This document shows positions 8,701 to 17,597 of a stretch of DNA of 64,000 nt, piece after piece. Position numbers and translations under genes: made by a program. How positions within the stretch are numbered: the stretch's first letter is position 1; every line of letters starts with the position of its first letter. The stretch comes from a virus. The DNA lies in IMG/VR virus record IMGVR_UViG_3300045988_154953. The stretch is one strand, 5' to 3'. The notes under the pieces were generated by a model. That model worked only from the letters and a program-made list of their open reading frames with translations, had not been told where the DNA came from and did no database searches.

Positions 8701-10463
8701 CTTAATTTATTTTCAGCAGATATGATCTCTTTTTCAAATCCTGCATAATCTGTAGATAAGTATTTTTGTATATCATATGTTCCTTTGTCATTCCTCTTAA
8801 AATACCAATCTTCAGTCTGACCATTATTTTTTTGAAATTTTGCAGAAAAAGAATCATCTCCAACTCTACCTTGTTGACTTAACAATTTCCATTTTTCAAT
8901 AGATTCTGTTGCATCTTTGTTAGCAGACTTAGCAAGAGACATGATGGTTTCAAAATCGTCTTTGGTGTTTTTTGCATATCCGCTGATACCAGAAGACATT
9001 CCTTCTCTTTCTGATTTTACTTTCTCGTCCGTTTTCTCAGCACTGTCAGTTACTTTCTTATTAGTATCAGAAAAAGCATTCTTATTTTCCGCGGCTTTTT
9101 TAGCACTCTTAGCAATCTGATCGAATAGAGCAGCTTCTTCTTGTAATTTAGATACAGACCCATCAACACTAGAAGCAACTTTATTGTTTGCTTCTACAAA
9201 CGACTCTTTGGCATTTGCAGCGTCTTTAGCAGACTGTTGTACTTTCTCTAAATCTGCTGATTCAGTTGATGGAGTAGAAGAGTCTTTCACGGGTGTTGAT
9301 TTCAATTTACTTAATTCGTCTTCAAGTATTTTTATTTTTTCAGTTAATTTATTTATCTCTTCTACAGAAGTAGTCACATTGAAACTATCAAATTTTGTAG
9401 ATAAATTGGTTGCAACAACTGAGAGTTCTTGAAGTTTTTCTATAATTAATTCAAGTTGTCCAACAATTTCCGTTAGATCTGTTTTGCCAAATAATCCGTC
9501 TAGTGGAGAAGCATCTTTTGAAGCGTTCATCTCGTTAAAAGCTCTGGTTACTTGAGACATAGCAGCAGAAGCTTCATTCCAGTAAGAAATATCTGTATAT
9601 TTTTTTAGTATATCTTTTCCGCCATATTGAGATTTTAATTCTTTTTGCATATTAGAAATGAACTTTCTATACGCTTGCAGTTTACTCATTGGCGTATCAA
9701 ATTGATTTATATCAAAATCAAAAAACTTGTTATTTACTACCTCTCCACCAACACCAGACATTTTAATTTCATTAAACAATCTTTGATAAGCCTGCAACGC
9801 ATTTGATATCTTAGATTGTACTTTTGCTTCCATCTCAGAATTGGAACCAAAATCAATGTTTAAATTAAGACCAATACCTTTTATACTTGATTGGAGTCCA
9901 TTAATAGCATTTTCAACCTGTTTAACTGTATTAAGCAACGGTGAGAATTCTTCTCCATCACCAACGTCAGAGAATACTTTTCTCATAGAAGATAAACTAG
10001 ATTCAATACCAGAAAATGCTGTTTGAATAGAAGATAATTTAACTGTAATATCTGTTGTGTTATCACTAGTGTTAATTAATTCTCTATTTATACTCGAAAT
10101 ATTATTACTTAGATTTGATAAAGAGTTGTCTATACTTTGAATAGAAGAAAGAAGTGACTTCGCACCAGATTCATTACCTAATGATCCAAATGCTTTTTGT
10201 AACATTTTTATACTTGATGCTGCTTCTGTTATCTCTTGATCTAACTTTTCAAATTGCTTAAAATCACCAGTACCTTTACCAAGATTATCAAGCATATTAT
10301 CAAGTTTTTTTATAGCACTATCAAGTGTTTTTGTATCAATGCCTAATTCGATTTTATGTTTTTCTTTTGTAAGTCCATCTATTTCTTTCTCAAGTCCTGA
10401 TAGCTCACTTCTTAAATCATTTATATCTAATTCAATTTTAACTTTCCAATCGGCTGATGCCAT
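5718..10463 (-). CDS. Tail tape measure protein
   Basis: 1581 aa; long coiled-coil-like repetitive N-terminal part; block AISSSGIGDALQRSAAAFNAANTSLEKSVALITATN typical of the TP901-type tape measure core. Confidence 0.85.
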   Translation of the reverse strand: MASADWKVKIELDINDLRSELSGLEKEIDGLTKEKHKIELGIDTKTLDSAIKKLDNMLDNLGKGTGDFKQFEKLDQEITEAASSIKMLQKAFGSLGNESGAKSLLSSIQSIDNSLSNLSNNISSINRELINTSDNTTDITVKLSSIQTAFSGIESSLSSMRKVFSDVGDGEEFSPLLNTVKQVENAINGLQSSIKGIGLNLNIDFGSNSEMEAKVQSKISNALQAYQRLFNEIKMSGVGGEVVNNKFFDFDINQFDTPMSKLQAYRKFISNMQKELKSQYGGKDILKKYTDISYWNEASAAMSQVTRAFNEMNASKDASPLDGLFGKTDLTEIVGQLELIIEKLQELSVVATNLSTKFDSFNVTTSVEEINKLTEKIKILEDELSKLKSTPVKDSSTPSTESADLEKVQQSAKDAANAKESFVEANNKVASSVDGSVSKLQEEAALFDQIAKSAKKAAENKNAFSDTNKKVTDSAEKTDEKVKSEREGMSSGISGYAKNTKDDFETIMSLAKSANKDATESIEKWKLLSQQGRVGDDSFSAKFQKNNGQTEDWYFKRNDKGTYDIQKYLSTDYAGFEKEIISAENKLRDLQQTKLKILSKSPNASTSGIDAQINAQQEYVNLLDKTAQYLRNNNETLLKGQQIEVARNKAAEEYYLKQGTKDDVKNANALAKAEESRAKNIEQSNRLLNRYQIRADATEATYTKIPGKDRYVSNTNDLSELSEKKNKIQSLISKLHDQGRNSSNEEKYLELEKLIAEYQRLAQEKLKANNPSQQKLGGTDLAVAISEQVKQYNDLIAKSEKYGDVTSHITEELKAQRDLIAEKDQNGIYVARKKKTDGSEFTADDYYSARDIYKIKKSEFGSYEKAQKEQSAKNISEAKQLKNDWDTAVKALKEYEAAVSKLNTLKASDYGKNQKTNEIENQEQKVKELIPLFKQAQEIIEHLTLPENFGKIPVSSWGEFVDVIKRLETASNGSTESIAKLNDAISNFKASTMKSIDDDIKKYQNQVKKSTKNSDTFKMSEGYQKAINDLNAAIEKLEKVKAQLGDKPILSKEDITTLKEAQDSAKKASQEVQNFSSSAKGMKGVSIEKEIAKINQALEQNPRYSKAAKEALKELIRELESGISTKGLDEIHQKLLQIQNDETKAGRSGKGLIDVIKEKQWYGLASQIAGMVSLYDVFDWFKEAASTVTQLNSDITDLAKVSEASTSQIYKDFSSYANIAKDIGGTISDTISATAAWAKNGYNIPDSKELARVSQLYKNVGDNIDIDTANESLISTLKGFNMEADQAEHIVDIFNEVSNNEAISSSGIGDALQRSAAAFNAANTSLEKSVALITATNSVVQDPNKVGNMWKVVSARLRGSETELSQMGEDTDGLIKSTSKLQSLVKGITGFDIMKDKDTYKDVYDIVLGISKKWSDLNDIDRASLLEALAGKQQSNSLAAALSNPELLEKSYEEALNSAGSAQREQEKYQESIQYSIDQTKAKLEELSNDLLSSDFLKSAIDAGGKFIDILDMIVKHVDILKVALGGIAGYLSLKNNVGRDRMYSLFFLNMPTTYIIYFGYKGLEYVSREIHDDKHPITSE

Positions 10464-10479
10464 AATTTAATCACCTCTC

Positions 10480-10956
10480 TTATTTTAATAATTCCATCGC
10501 TTTCTTTTTTATAATTTTTTGTGCTTTTTCATCAAAGCCGCTTTGGATATCTTTATCTACAAGAGTCTTTGGAGGAGTAGAGTTAGCCATATTCCAACTG
10601 CCATGACCATGTTCACCATTTTCAAACATAAATTCAAAAGCTGTATCTGCATATAATGGTTTCCGTTCATATGATGGATAAGGTGGTATTTCAAATCCTG
10701 GATAATCAGACATAGTAGAATTATCAACTCGCAATGTAAGAACATTATTACTTCCAGAAGTTTCTGGCGTATTTGCAATATTAAAGAAATTTGTCGTTCT
10801 TTGATATAATGACGGTGAATAACTGTTATAATAGTCAACCAAAGCTCTATCAACAGACTCTATAAATAACTCATTTATTTCTGGAGCTACTTCATTAGCA
10901 ATATTTTTTTGTAAATGATCTAATTTCTTTATAATCCCAGAAAATCCTTTTCCCAT
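10480..10956 (-). CDS. Virion/tail-associated protein (function unknown)
   Basis: Start set to the second ATG after GGAGGTGA; lies immediately upstream of the tape measure gene. Confidence 0.55.
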   Translation of the reverse strand: MGKGFSGIIKKLDHLQKNIANEVAPEINELFIESVDRALVDYYNSYSPSLYQRTTNFFNIANTPETSGSNNVLTLRVDNSTMSDYPGFEIPPYPSYERKPLYADTAFEFMFENGEHGHGSWNMANSTPPKTLVDKDIQSGFDEKAQKIIKKKAMELLK

Positions 10957-11009
10957 CCAATTCACCTCCATGTATTCTTTGTTTTATTTATATTTTTGTA
11001 TAAGAAAAA

Positions 11010-11037
11010 GCCCTATAAGCTGTGACACCTATAGAGC
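11010..11037 (-). other. Hairpin with conserved 12-nt loop (minus sense GGUGUCACAGCU), copy 1
   Basis: gCCCTATA-agctgtgacacc-TATAGaGC; same loop and flanks but a different stem at 15718..15745. Confidence 0.5.
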
Positions 11038-11188
11038 ATGTTTGATGTTTATATTGTATTGTGATATAATAGTTCCATATAATTATTTAAATTACGTCAA
11101 GAATTATATTTTAAAATTATTAGAGTTTAAATACTCTTTTTTATAAAGACTAGGAAGATACGAAATAATAACAATAGGAGATATATCT

Positions 11189-11878
11189 ATGACTAATCAA
11201 GAATTTATTGACAATCTTTCATCACAAGCAAAACACATTATTTTTGACTATGATTATAAAAATCCCCAAAGGAATAAAATCAATGTATTTGTAACAAAAA
11301 ATCGTTCACAACTTAATACTTCAATTCCTGACAGATATGTAATTGAAGTTAAACAAGAATCTGATTTTAATCAAATGGAATATGAATTTTTACATGAATT
11401 TTTTCACTGTGTACAAATAGATAGTGGTTTTCCTTATGTGCAAGCTACTTTGTCAGAATACACTAAATTAGCAGCAGCTATTTCGTCAGTTGTTTTAGAT
11501 TTAGATGTTACTGAACGGTTAAATAACGTTAATTATTTTTACAATCCAAAAGATTTAACCGAATCAATTAATACAATGAAAAAGCTTATATTAATTTCTA
11601 AGACTGATACCATTACAAATAATTTTATTTACGAAATTAATCAATATGTTTATATGTGCTGTAAAATAGCATTTATCAGATTCTTATATGATAAACCACA
11701 CGAAATAGAGCAATTGTTAAACATTTTGAAAATTAACGCTAAAGACATGTATAAGTCACAATCTATTATTTATAATTCTATAAAAAGAATAGGATATAAT
11801 ACGCCTCAGAATGTATATAAATTGTTTAAAACACTCATACGAGAATTAAAATTAGAAGGATATATCAAAATATCTTAG
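11189..11878 (+). CDS. Putative HExxH zinc metallopeptidase-like protein (moron on the opposite strand)
   Basis: 229-aa ORF; HEFFH in MEYEFLHEFFHCVQIDSGF; GGAG RBS; embedded in the minus-strand tail module. Confidence 0.5.
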   Translation: MTNQEFIDNLSSQAKHIIFDYDYKNPQRNKINVFVTKNRSQLNTSIPDRYVIEVKQESDFNQMEYEFLHEFFHCVQIDSGFPYVQATLSEYTKLAAAISSVVLDLDVTERLNNVNYFYNPKDLTESINTMKKLILISKTDTITNNFIYEINQYVYMCCKIAFIRFLYDKPHEIEQLLNILKINAKDMYKSQSIIYNSIKRIGYNTPQNVYKLFKTLIRELKLEGYIKIS

Positions 11879-12081
11879 TAAATTATATTTCCGAAACCAT
11901 ATTCTTCCTCATAAATATTCGCCCAATATACGAGTTCTTTTCCGTTGCCAGCGTTGTATGCTTGATCTATTTTTTTGGAAAGGTATTCTTCTGTATAAGA
12001 AATTCTATTGACATTGTTATTTAAAGTTTTATTACTTATAACGATTACTCCATTTTTAGTAAACCATATTACGTCATTCAT
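11875..12081 (-). CDS. Hypothetical small protein
   Basis: ORF with AGGAG RBS. Confidence 0.5.
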   Translation of the reverse strand: MNDVIWFTKNGVIVISNKTLNNNVNRISYTEEYLSKKIDQAYNAGNGKELVYWANIYEEEYGFGNIIY

Positions 12082-12095
12082 GCTAAGTCTCCTTT

Positions 12096-12422
12096 TTATC
12101 TTGCTGATAGTATTGCCACTATGATTAAATCAATTCCAATACCTATAAGACCACCTAACAGTGCTGGGCTGATTCTATACATTCCATGACCTCCCGGCAC
12201 TGTACAAAAATCAATTATCTTATTAATTATTTCCTGTCCATATTCATCTATTATAGAATAAATCACACCTATCATTCCAAACACAAAATAAAAATACGAT
12301 GTCGTTAATGTGGTTTTTACAAATGGTTGGAAAATATCTATAAATACATTGTCTATGCCAAACCATGATAGAAACCATGAAAATAATATACCACGTATAA
12401 ATCCTATAATTACTGTCATCAT
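12096..12422 (-). CDS. Small membrane protein (about 3 hydrophobic helices)
   Basis: Hydrophobic stretches IIGFIRGILFSWFLSWF, YFYFVFGMIGVIY and LLGGLIGIGIDLIIVAIL; start coupled (ATGA) to the upstream ORF. Confidence 0.5.
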   Translation of the reverse strand: MMTVIIGFIRGILFSWFLSWFGIDNVFIDIFQPFVKTTLTTSYFYFVFGMIGVIYSIIDEYGQEIINKIIDFCTVPGGHGMYRISPALLGGLIGIGIDLIIVAILSAR

Positions 12423-13063
12423 TTATTTCCTGGATCTTTCTGCAATGTAGATAATAAATTCTGAAACTTAGCTGCTATATCTGCAATATCTTCATTTGAT
12501 AAACCTTCAATTTTCTTTGTTATAGCATCAACAACTGGTGAGAGAGTAGCTTTACCTAATTTTATAAATCTATCTACCTGACAAGTGATAAATGCATGTG
12601 GTTCATATTGATTTGTCATGAGATCATTTTTCTTTAGATTCAATAGATTTTTAAATTCTGTTATTTCAGCTCTCGGGATAAGAGGTTCAACATTTTCATT
12701 ACCGACAATCAATAAATCAAATAATCCGCTCTTTACAAGCTCATCATATTCTTCAAAAAATCCTGGAGTTTCAACTTTTAAATATGTATACTGCTCAATA
12801 AATACTCTGATCAGTAACAGATATTCAGCAGATGAATTCACTTTAATATTTCCTGTTTCTTTGTCAAGCATTGTACATTTAACAATATTAGACATAAGTG
12901 CATCTTTCATTATAAATGGAACATACATATCTTTCTTTAAAATACTTGCAATAAGAGCACCTTTTGCTTGTGTGGATTTAAGGTCGTTATATTTTTTACA
13001 AAATGCTTTAATTGTATGTACCTTTTTTGATTCTGTTGTTTTAACTACTTTAATATCACTCAT
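12419..13063 (-). CDS. Hypothetical protein (tail-module position)
   Basis: 214-aa ORF with TTGAGTTAAAAGGAGAAA initiation region. Confidence 0.55.
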   Translation of the reverse strand: MSDIKVVKTTESKKVHTIKAFCKKYNDLKSTQAKGALIASILKKDMYVPFIMKDALMSNIVKCTMLDKETGNIKVNSSAEYLLLIRVFIEQYTYLKVETPGFFEEYDELVKSGLFDLLIVGNENVEPLIPRAEITEFKNLLNLKKNDLMTNQYEPHAFITCQVDRFIKLGKATLSPVVDAITKKIEGLSNEDIADIAAKFQNLLSTLQKDPGNK

Positions 13064-13121
13064 ATTATTTTCTCCTTTTAACTCAAATGTTTAAAAAATC
13101 ATATAAAATAGCCAAGTGAAT

Positions 13122-13616
13122 TTACTTAGCTACATCATCATGTATAAAAAATTCAAATTCTGTTCGGGGATTTTCTTTATCATATCCCGTTTTTAACGTG
13201 AGAGAATGTAAATGCTTTTCATCATCGTCAACAATGAATCCTGCTGCCGTGAAGCCATCAAAAACGAATTTTCCTGTCTGGTTATCAACATCGTGTCTTC
13301 TTTTTGTATTGAAAAAGACAGTTACTGTAATATCAAAATCACTTAACTGTCTACCATCTAACTTTTCTAATTTCATCCAAAACACTACAAAATCCTTCCA
13401 TTTTTGTTTTAACGCATTCATTTGAATTCGTGGAAGAATACACCATTGATTTATAGAAGGGTGGTATGGATGCTCTATTGGAATTTTCTTTGCTTTTGGA
13501 TGCATCGTAAAATAATATTTATTATATTTATCAAGCACATCCTGATCTAATGTTAATTTTAAATAATTTTCTCGTTCTTCAACTGCCATATTATTTAATA
13601 AATCCCTCCAACTCAA
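13122..13616 (-). CDS. RusA-like Holliday junction resolvase candidate
   Basis: RRHDVDNQTGKFVFDGFTAAGFIVDDDEKHL resembles the RusA D-x-DN...DD catalytic block. Confidence 0.45.
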   Translation of the reverse strand: MSWRDLLNNMAVEERENYLKLTLDQDVLDKYNKYYFTMHPKAKKIPIEHPYHPSINQWCILPRIQMNALKQKWKDFVVFWMKLEKLDGRQLSDFDITVTVFFNTKRRHDVDNQTGKFVFDGFTAAGFIVDDDEKHLHSLTLKTGYDKENPRTEFEFFIHDDVAK

Positions 13617-13983
13617 AACTTAGTTCATCTACATCATCCACATCATGATGGATATCCAAATTTCTTATGTGCATCTTACCTGGTATACCAATGGTCGCAT
13701 CTTCGCCTTTTCCAGTATTAATATTGAACATAGAACAGTTAAAAAGCACATTTGTAATTATCCAATTTTTATTATTGAATTTTCGTTGCATATCAATATT
13801 ATTATATAGGCACGAAAATCGTAATCTAGAACAATCAATGTCATCCAAATATAAATCAAATCCTTTAATATAATTTACTTTTATAATCTCTATATCATCT
13901 GTATTTTTATTCGTGAATACTAACGATATCTCTTTTATATAATTAACTTGATATGTTCCAGTCTCAATTGTAAATGTCATCAT
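13591..13983 (-). CDS. Hypothetical protein
   Basis: 130-aa ORF in an operon-like tight array. Confidence 0.5.
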   Translation of the reverse strand: MMTFTIETGTYQVNYIKEISLVFTNKNTDDIEIIKVNYIKGFDLYLDDIDCSRLRFSCLYNNIDMQRKFNNKNWIITNVLFNCSMFNINTGKGEDATIGIPGKMHIRNLDIHHDVDDVDELSFELEGFIK

Positions 13984-14008
13984 TTCCTTTTACCTCGTTT
14001 AAAATATT

Positions 14009-14461
14009 CTATTTCTCAATTAGCTTCCTATATTTTTTATATTCACGGGATAGTGCCTGCATCAAGCTAAAAATTAATGCTTCATGCGAACATAAGCGTT
14101 TCATTTTCTTTGGTTTTTTAACACATTCCATCCAGCCTTTTGATCCATTTGGTTTATATACTAACCAAACCCCTATACCATCTGGAATTTCATCTTTTAC
14201 TTTGTTATATATCTCTGCATTTAATATATAATAACCATAATCTCCCCAAAAACTTAATTTAGCAGAAGAGTGAAAATCAGCTACAGTATTCTTTATCTCA
14301 TAACAGCGCCATATACCAGTTGTCTCATACATTAATAGATCAACACGTTCTCTATGATATTTATTTACTAATTCTTTTGGTGCTGCCACTTCAAATACTA
14401 GATATCTACCTTTTGCCCACAAATGTTTATATGCAATTTTCTCGATGTCTTTGGTTGTCAT
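14009..14461 (-). CDS. PD-(D/E)xK nuclease-like protein (MmcB-like)
   Basis: Start set after GAGGT; YLVFEV...RVDLLMYE...CYEIKNTVADF fits a D..E.K nuclease core. Confidence 0.45.
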   Translation of the reverse strand: MTTKDIEKIAYKHLWAKGRYLVFEVAAPKELVNKYHRERVDLLMYETTGIWRCYEIKNTVADFHSSAKLSFWGDYGYYILNAEIYNKVKDEIPDGIGVWLVYKPNGSKGWMECVKKPKKMKRLCSHEALIFSLMQALSREYKKYRKLIEK

Positions 14462-14873
14462 TGTTACCTCGATTATGCATCTTAGTAAATTCTTCTCTAA
14501 CACTATTACATAATTTATACTGATCAGAAGAGAAGAGTAGTCTTAATTCTTTAATAGCATCTGTGAACAATTCATCGCCAGACGAATTATCCTCATCATA
14601 AAACCACTCTGTATTAGGAATTCTATATGTAGCAAATTTTTCATGCATAATAGTTTCAATTGTATATAAATATGTAGGTGGAGATACTAAGACTTTTATG
14701 ATTTCATTTCCCTGGCTATTACTTCCAGATAATGAGAGATAACGTTTATATATATCTTTAGATTTACCTATTTTTATTTTACCTGTAGAATTGAGCATGA
14801 TATATATTCTTGTTTGAGGTTCGTTTAATACTGTGAAATCTTTTAAATTTTTTCTTGTTCGTTCATCTATCAT
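14427..14873 (-). CDS. T5orf172/GIY-YIG-superfamily domain protein
   Basis: IYIMLNSTGKIKIGKSKDIYKRYLSL...HEKFATYRIPNTEWF pattern. Confidence 0.5.
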   Translation of the reverse strand: MIDERTRKNLKDFTVLNEPQTRIYIMLNSTGKIKIGKSKDIYKRYLSLSGSNSQGNEIIKVLVSPPTYLYTIETIMHEKFATYRIPNTEWFYDEDNSSGDELFTDAIKELRLLFSSDQYKLCNSVREEFTKMHNRGNNDNQRHRENCI

Positions 14874-14882
14874 TTTAAAAAC

Positions 14883-15110
14883 CTACTCCAACTCGTAATT
14901 ACACCATTTGATATAAGCTTCAGTTGTTTCGCTTCTCAAGAATATCATTACCAAAATATCATTCCCTGTTTTAGAATCGATACTTGTATAAATATCAATA
15001 GGATATATCTGATTCTTAATATATAAAAGCTGTTGCTTAGGATTTACAATTCTAACAACATCGTCAAGTATATAATCCCTGGGCTTTAAATTTGTTCTTA
15101 CTCTTAACAT
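14883..15110 (-). CDS. Hypothetical small protein
   Basis: ORF with TTGAGTTAAAAGGAGAAA initiation region. Confidence 0.5.
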   Translation of the reverse strand: MLRVRTNLKPRDYILDDVVRIVNPKQQLLYIKNQIYPIDIYTSIDSKTGNDILVMIFLRSETTEAYIKWCNYELE

Positions 15111-15221
15111 GTATTTCTCCTTTTAACTCAAAATTAAAAAAATGGGGTATAACCCGAATAGTGCGATATATACAATTATTTATATACATCAACCGAGTTA
15201 CACCCCTTTCTTAAAAAATCA

Positions 15222-15650
15222 CTATTCATTATTTTTAGCCCTACGTGTTCGTGGCTTTTTAATCTCTTTTACCTCATCTTGAATTACTTCTTCATTATTG
15301 TTATTTAATTCTGTGATATCTACAGCGTCAGCAGTATCTTCTGCTACTTCGTTCATAGCTGTTTCATCCATAGTTTTTATATCTTCCTCAACCATTATCT
15401 CATTAAAAATTTCCTGAAAATTCTTTGGTAACTTCTCAATAGGAGATAAGTCTAAACCGTTTAACACTATCTGTGCATCTTCTTTAGATATACGTCCATC
15501 TCTAAAATCATCTAATGTCATATATATATCCTTACAATTTTCACCGCAGAAAATAGCCATCCATGTTGGTTTGTTAGCATCTTCACTGCAGTGTGGACAA
15601 TAAGAATAGTGAGTTCCACATATAATACATTTACGATTTAATTTTGCCAT
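15222..15650 (-). CDS. Zinc-ribbon protein with acidic C-terminal tail
   Basis: CIICGTHYSYCPHC ... CGENC motifs. Confidence 0.55.
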   Translation of the reverse strand: MAKLNRKCIICGTHYSYCPHCSEDANKPTWMAIFCGENCKDIYMTLDDFRDGRISKEDAQIVLNGLDLSPIEKLPKNFQEIFNEIMVEEDIKTMDETAMNEVAEDTADAVDITELNNNNEEVIQDEVKEIKKPRTRRAKNNE

Positions 15651-15717
15651 GATAATTTTCCTTTCCTTATAATAATTTTCAAATATCTTGTTAAGTTGTC
15701 ATCATGACAACAAATAA

Positions 15718-15745
15718 CCCGTCAAGCTGTTACACCTGACGAGCC
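15718..15745 (-). other. Hairpin with conserved 12-nt loop (minus sense GGUGUAACAGCU), copy 2; terminator-like position
   Basis: CCCGTCA-agctgttacacc-TGACGaGCC directly downstream of ORF 15773..16594. Confidence 0.5.
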
Positions 15746-15772
15746 TAAATATGTAATTATAAATTACTTAGA

Positions 15773-16594
15773 TTATTCACCGACTACAGTTGTGTCATCA
15801 TCTTCAACATCTTCTTCTGCGAAAGCAATATAGAACAATGTCTTATCTGTTGCACACATATCAAGTAATGCCTGAGCACTAAAGTCGATTGTGTTAGATT
15901 CACCATTTGCAATTGTAAGCTCTACATCTGGTGCGATAGAAGCAGATGGTACTACGATATATGCAGCACGAAGCATCTTATCACATGGATCAACTGCAAG
16001 ACACTTAAATACGATTTCGCTTGTCTTAGAGAACTTGTCTCCGTAATTCTTAGCCATCATTGCAGTCTTAGAATCACGAGTATATTTAACTAAGTACTTA
16101 ACAATGCTACCATCATTAAATGTTGGAAGTGTTAATGTTTCAGTATCAATCTTAAACTGATGATCTTCCTGAGCTGCTGTCAGACTAAATTCCTCTGTGC
16201 TTGTTGCACCACTTGCTGTAAGACCATATACTTCCATAGTACCAGTTACAAAACCTGTAATTTTTAATGTCTTTGTACCAACAGGAACCTCTTCAATCTT
16301 AGGGAATCTAAGTGGAGCTTCCTGTGCAGCATAAAGCATATCTGTACCACTTGTTAATGCAACAACATCAGCAGAGATAAAAGCATTTGTTGCTGTGATT
16401 TCAAGTGACTTAGCGTTGTATTTACGATAAATTACACTACCCATTGCATCAGTAATCTCAACTGGATCTGCGCTTACATTAAGAGAAATGTTAGAGAGCT
16501 GAGATAACCATGCCTTAACTTTTCCTGTAGTCTTATCAGATACAGTTGCACCAACTGTTCTGTCGAAAATAATGTTATTTAATCTAAAACTCAT
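15773..16594 (-). CDS. Major tail protein candidate
   Basis: 273-aa Thr/Ala/Val/Ser-rich ORF with a strong RBS, followed by a hairpin; call is from position only. Confidence 0.4.
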   Translation of the reverse strand: MSFRLNNIIFDRTVGATVSDKTTGKVKAWLSQLSNISLNVSADPVEITDAMGSVIYRKYNAKSLEITATNAFISADVVALTSGTDMLYAAQEAPLRFPKIEEVPVGTKTLKITGFVTGTMEVYGLTASGATSTEEFSLTAAQEDHQFKIDTETLTLPTFNDGSIVKYLVKYTRDSKTAMMAKNYGDKFSKTSEIVFKCLAVDPCDKMLRAAYIVVPSASIAPDVELTIANGESNTIDFSAQALLDMCATDKTLFYIAFAEEDVEDDDTTVVGE

Positions 16595-16640
16595 ATTTTC
16601 ACCTTTGTCCTTTCATAATATTTCTTTATAAAATAAAAAG

Positions 16641-17594
16641 TTACAAGTCATCATCTTCATAGATGTCTCGTAACCAGTTTATCTTTCTATTTAATTCTTC
16701 TTCTCCAAATTTACTTGTATCCATCATGCCTGAGAAAATACTTTTAAGAAAAGCAGTACATTTTTCATATACTTGCAATCGTTTGGCACAATCCATAAAT
16801 GCAAAAATTCCAAGATTTTTCATACCTTCTAGGTCATATTTAAATCCTGGATGATTAAGTAAACCAGATACAATCGGAAGCAGTACAGAATGAGATTTCC
16901 TATCATTCTTTTCAGTTTCTCGTTTAATTTTTTCTTTCTCTTCACCTATAATCCAAAGCTTAGTTGTCTTTCCTTTTGCGAATTCTTCTTTGGGATAACG
17001 GTTAAATATCATTCTTACGTATTCACGTATATGCATATATGTTTCTTCGTCAATAAGAATATTCTGCTTTGGATCATACAAACATATTTCTTTTGTTTTG
17101 CAAGTATTCTCGATGGGCTGTTTAGCGTAGATATCTAGTTTCGTAAAATCAATTTTGCTGTATAGTTTTATTATTTTTTCTTGGCCTAATTCACGATTCT
17201 TCTCTTCAGAGAGAGAATCATCATACTCAGGGTTATTTACAAAAGTAACTTTCTTAAATAAAAAATCTACATTATCTGTATGTGTAACTAAAGCAGAGAA
17301 TAGTTTAAAGTCAGAAATTTTATTCCAATCTTCACCAGCATCCCATAACTGGACTCTACATGCAGTTGTATTTGTAATGAATGGTGAGATAGCAGCATAT
17401 ACTTCTCTATCACCCATCTCTATTATTTCGCCTATTGATGGTTGACGTATTTCGATATATTCATCATTTGGCATTTTAACTAAATGTGGTTCTCTGAAAT
17501 ACATTTTCAATTCATCAAAATCAAATTTATACTCCTTTTTCTTATGTGGTTCAGCCTTTTCCTTTTTATTTTTCTTCTTATTATCTTTAGCCAT
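16641..17594 (-). CDS. Virion-module protein, Lys-rich N-terminus
   Basis: 317-aa ORF within the contiguous head-tail gene array. Confidence 0.5.
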   Translation of the reverse strand: MAKDNKKKNKKEKAEPHKKKEYKFDFDELKMYFREPHLVKMPNDEYIEIRQPSIGEIIEMGDREVYAAISPFITNTTACRVQLWDAGEDWNKISDFKLFSALVTHTDNVDFLFKKVTFVNNPEYDDSLSEEKNRELGQEKIIKLYSKIDFTKLDIYAKQPIENTCKTKEICLYDPKQNILIDEETYMHIREYVRMIFNRYPKEEFAKGKTTKLWIIGEEKEKIKRETEKNDRKSHSVLLPIVSGLLNHPGFKYDLEGMKNLGIFAFMDCAKRLQVYEKCTAFLKSIFSGMMDTSKFGEEELNRKINWLRDIYEDDDL

Positions 17595-17597
17595 TAA

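Noticed and set aside
5797-10026. Plus-strand ORFs 5797..6030, 7477..7701, 8917..9120, 9184..9432 and 9841..10026 inside the tape measure gene
   Set aside because: They are antisense to a long, clearly coding ORF, have no RBS, and their composition mirrors the sense strand. They are treated as shadow ORFs. The same reasoning applies to the antisense ORFs inside 12419..13063, 16641..17594, 22534..24240, 26246..29579, 40264..43044, 49126..50391, 59554..61272 and 62070..63008.
5371-15130. Conserved TTGAGTTAAAAGGAGAAA upstream of starts at 5370, 13063 and 15110 (related AAAAGGAGA at 33810 and 34495)
   Set aside because: The conserved part is centred on the Shine-Dalgarno sequence at normal spacing. 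It is most simply a preferred strong translation-initiation context, not a separate element.
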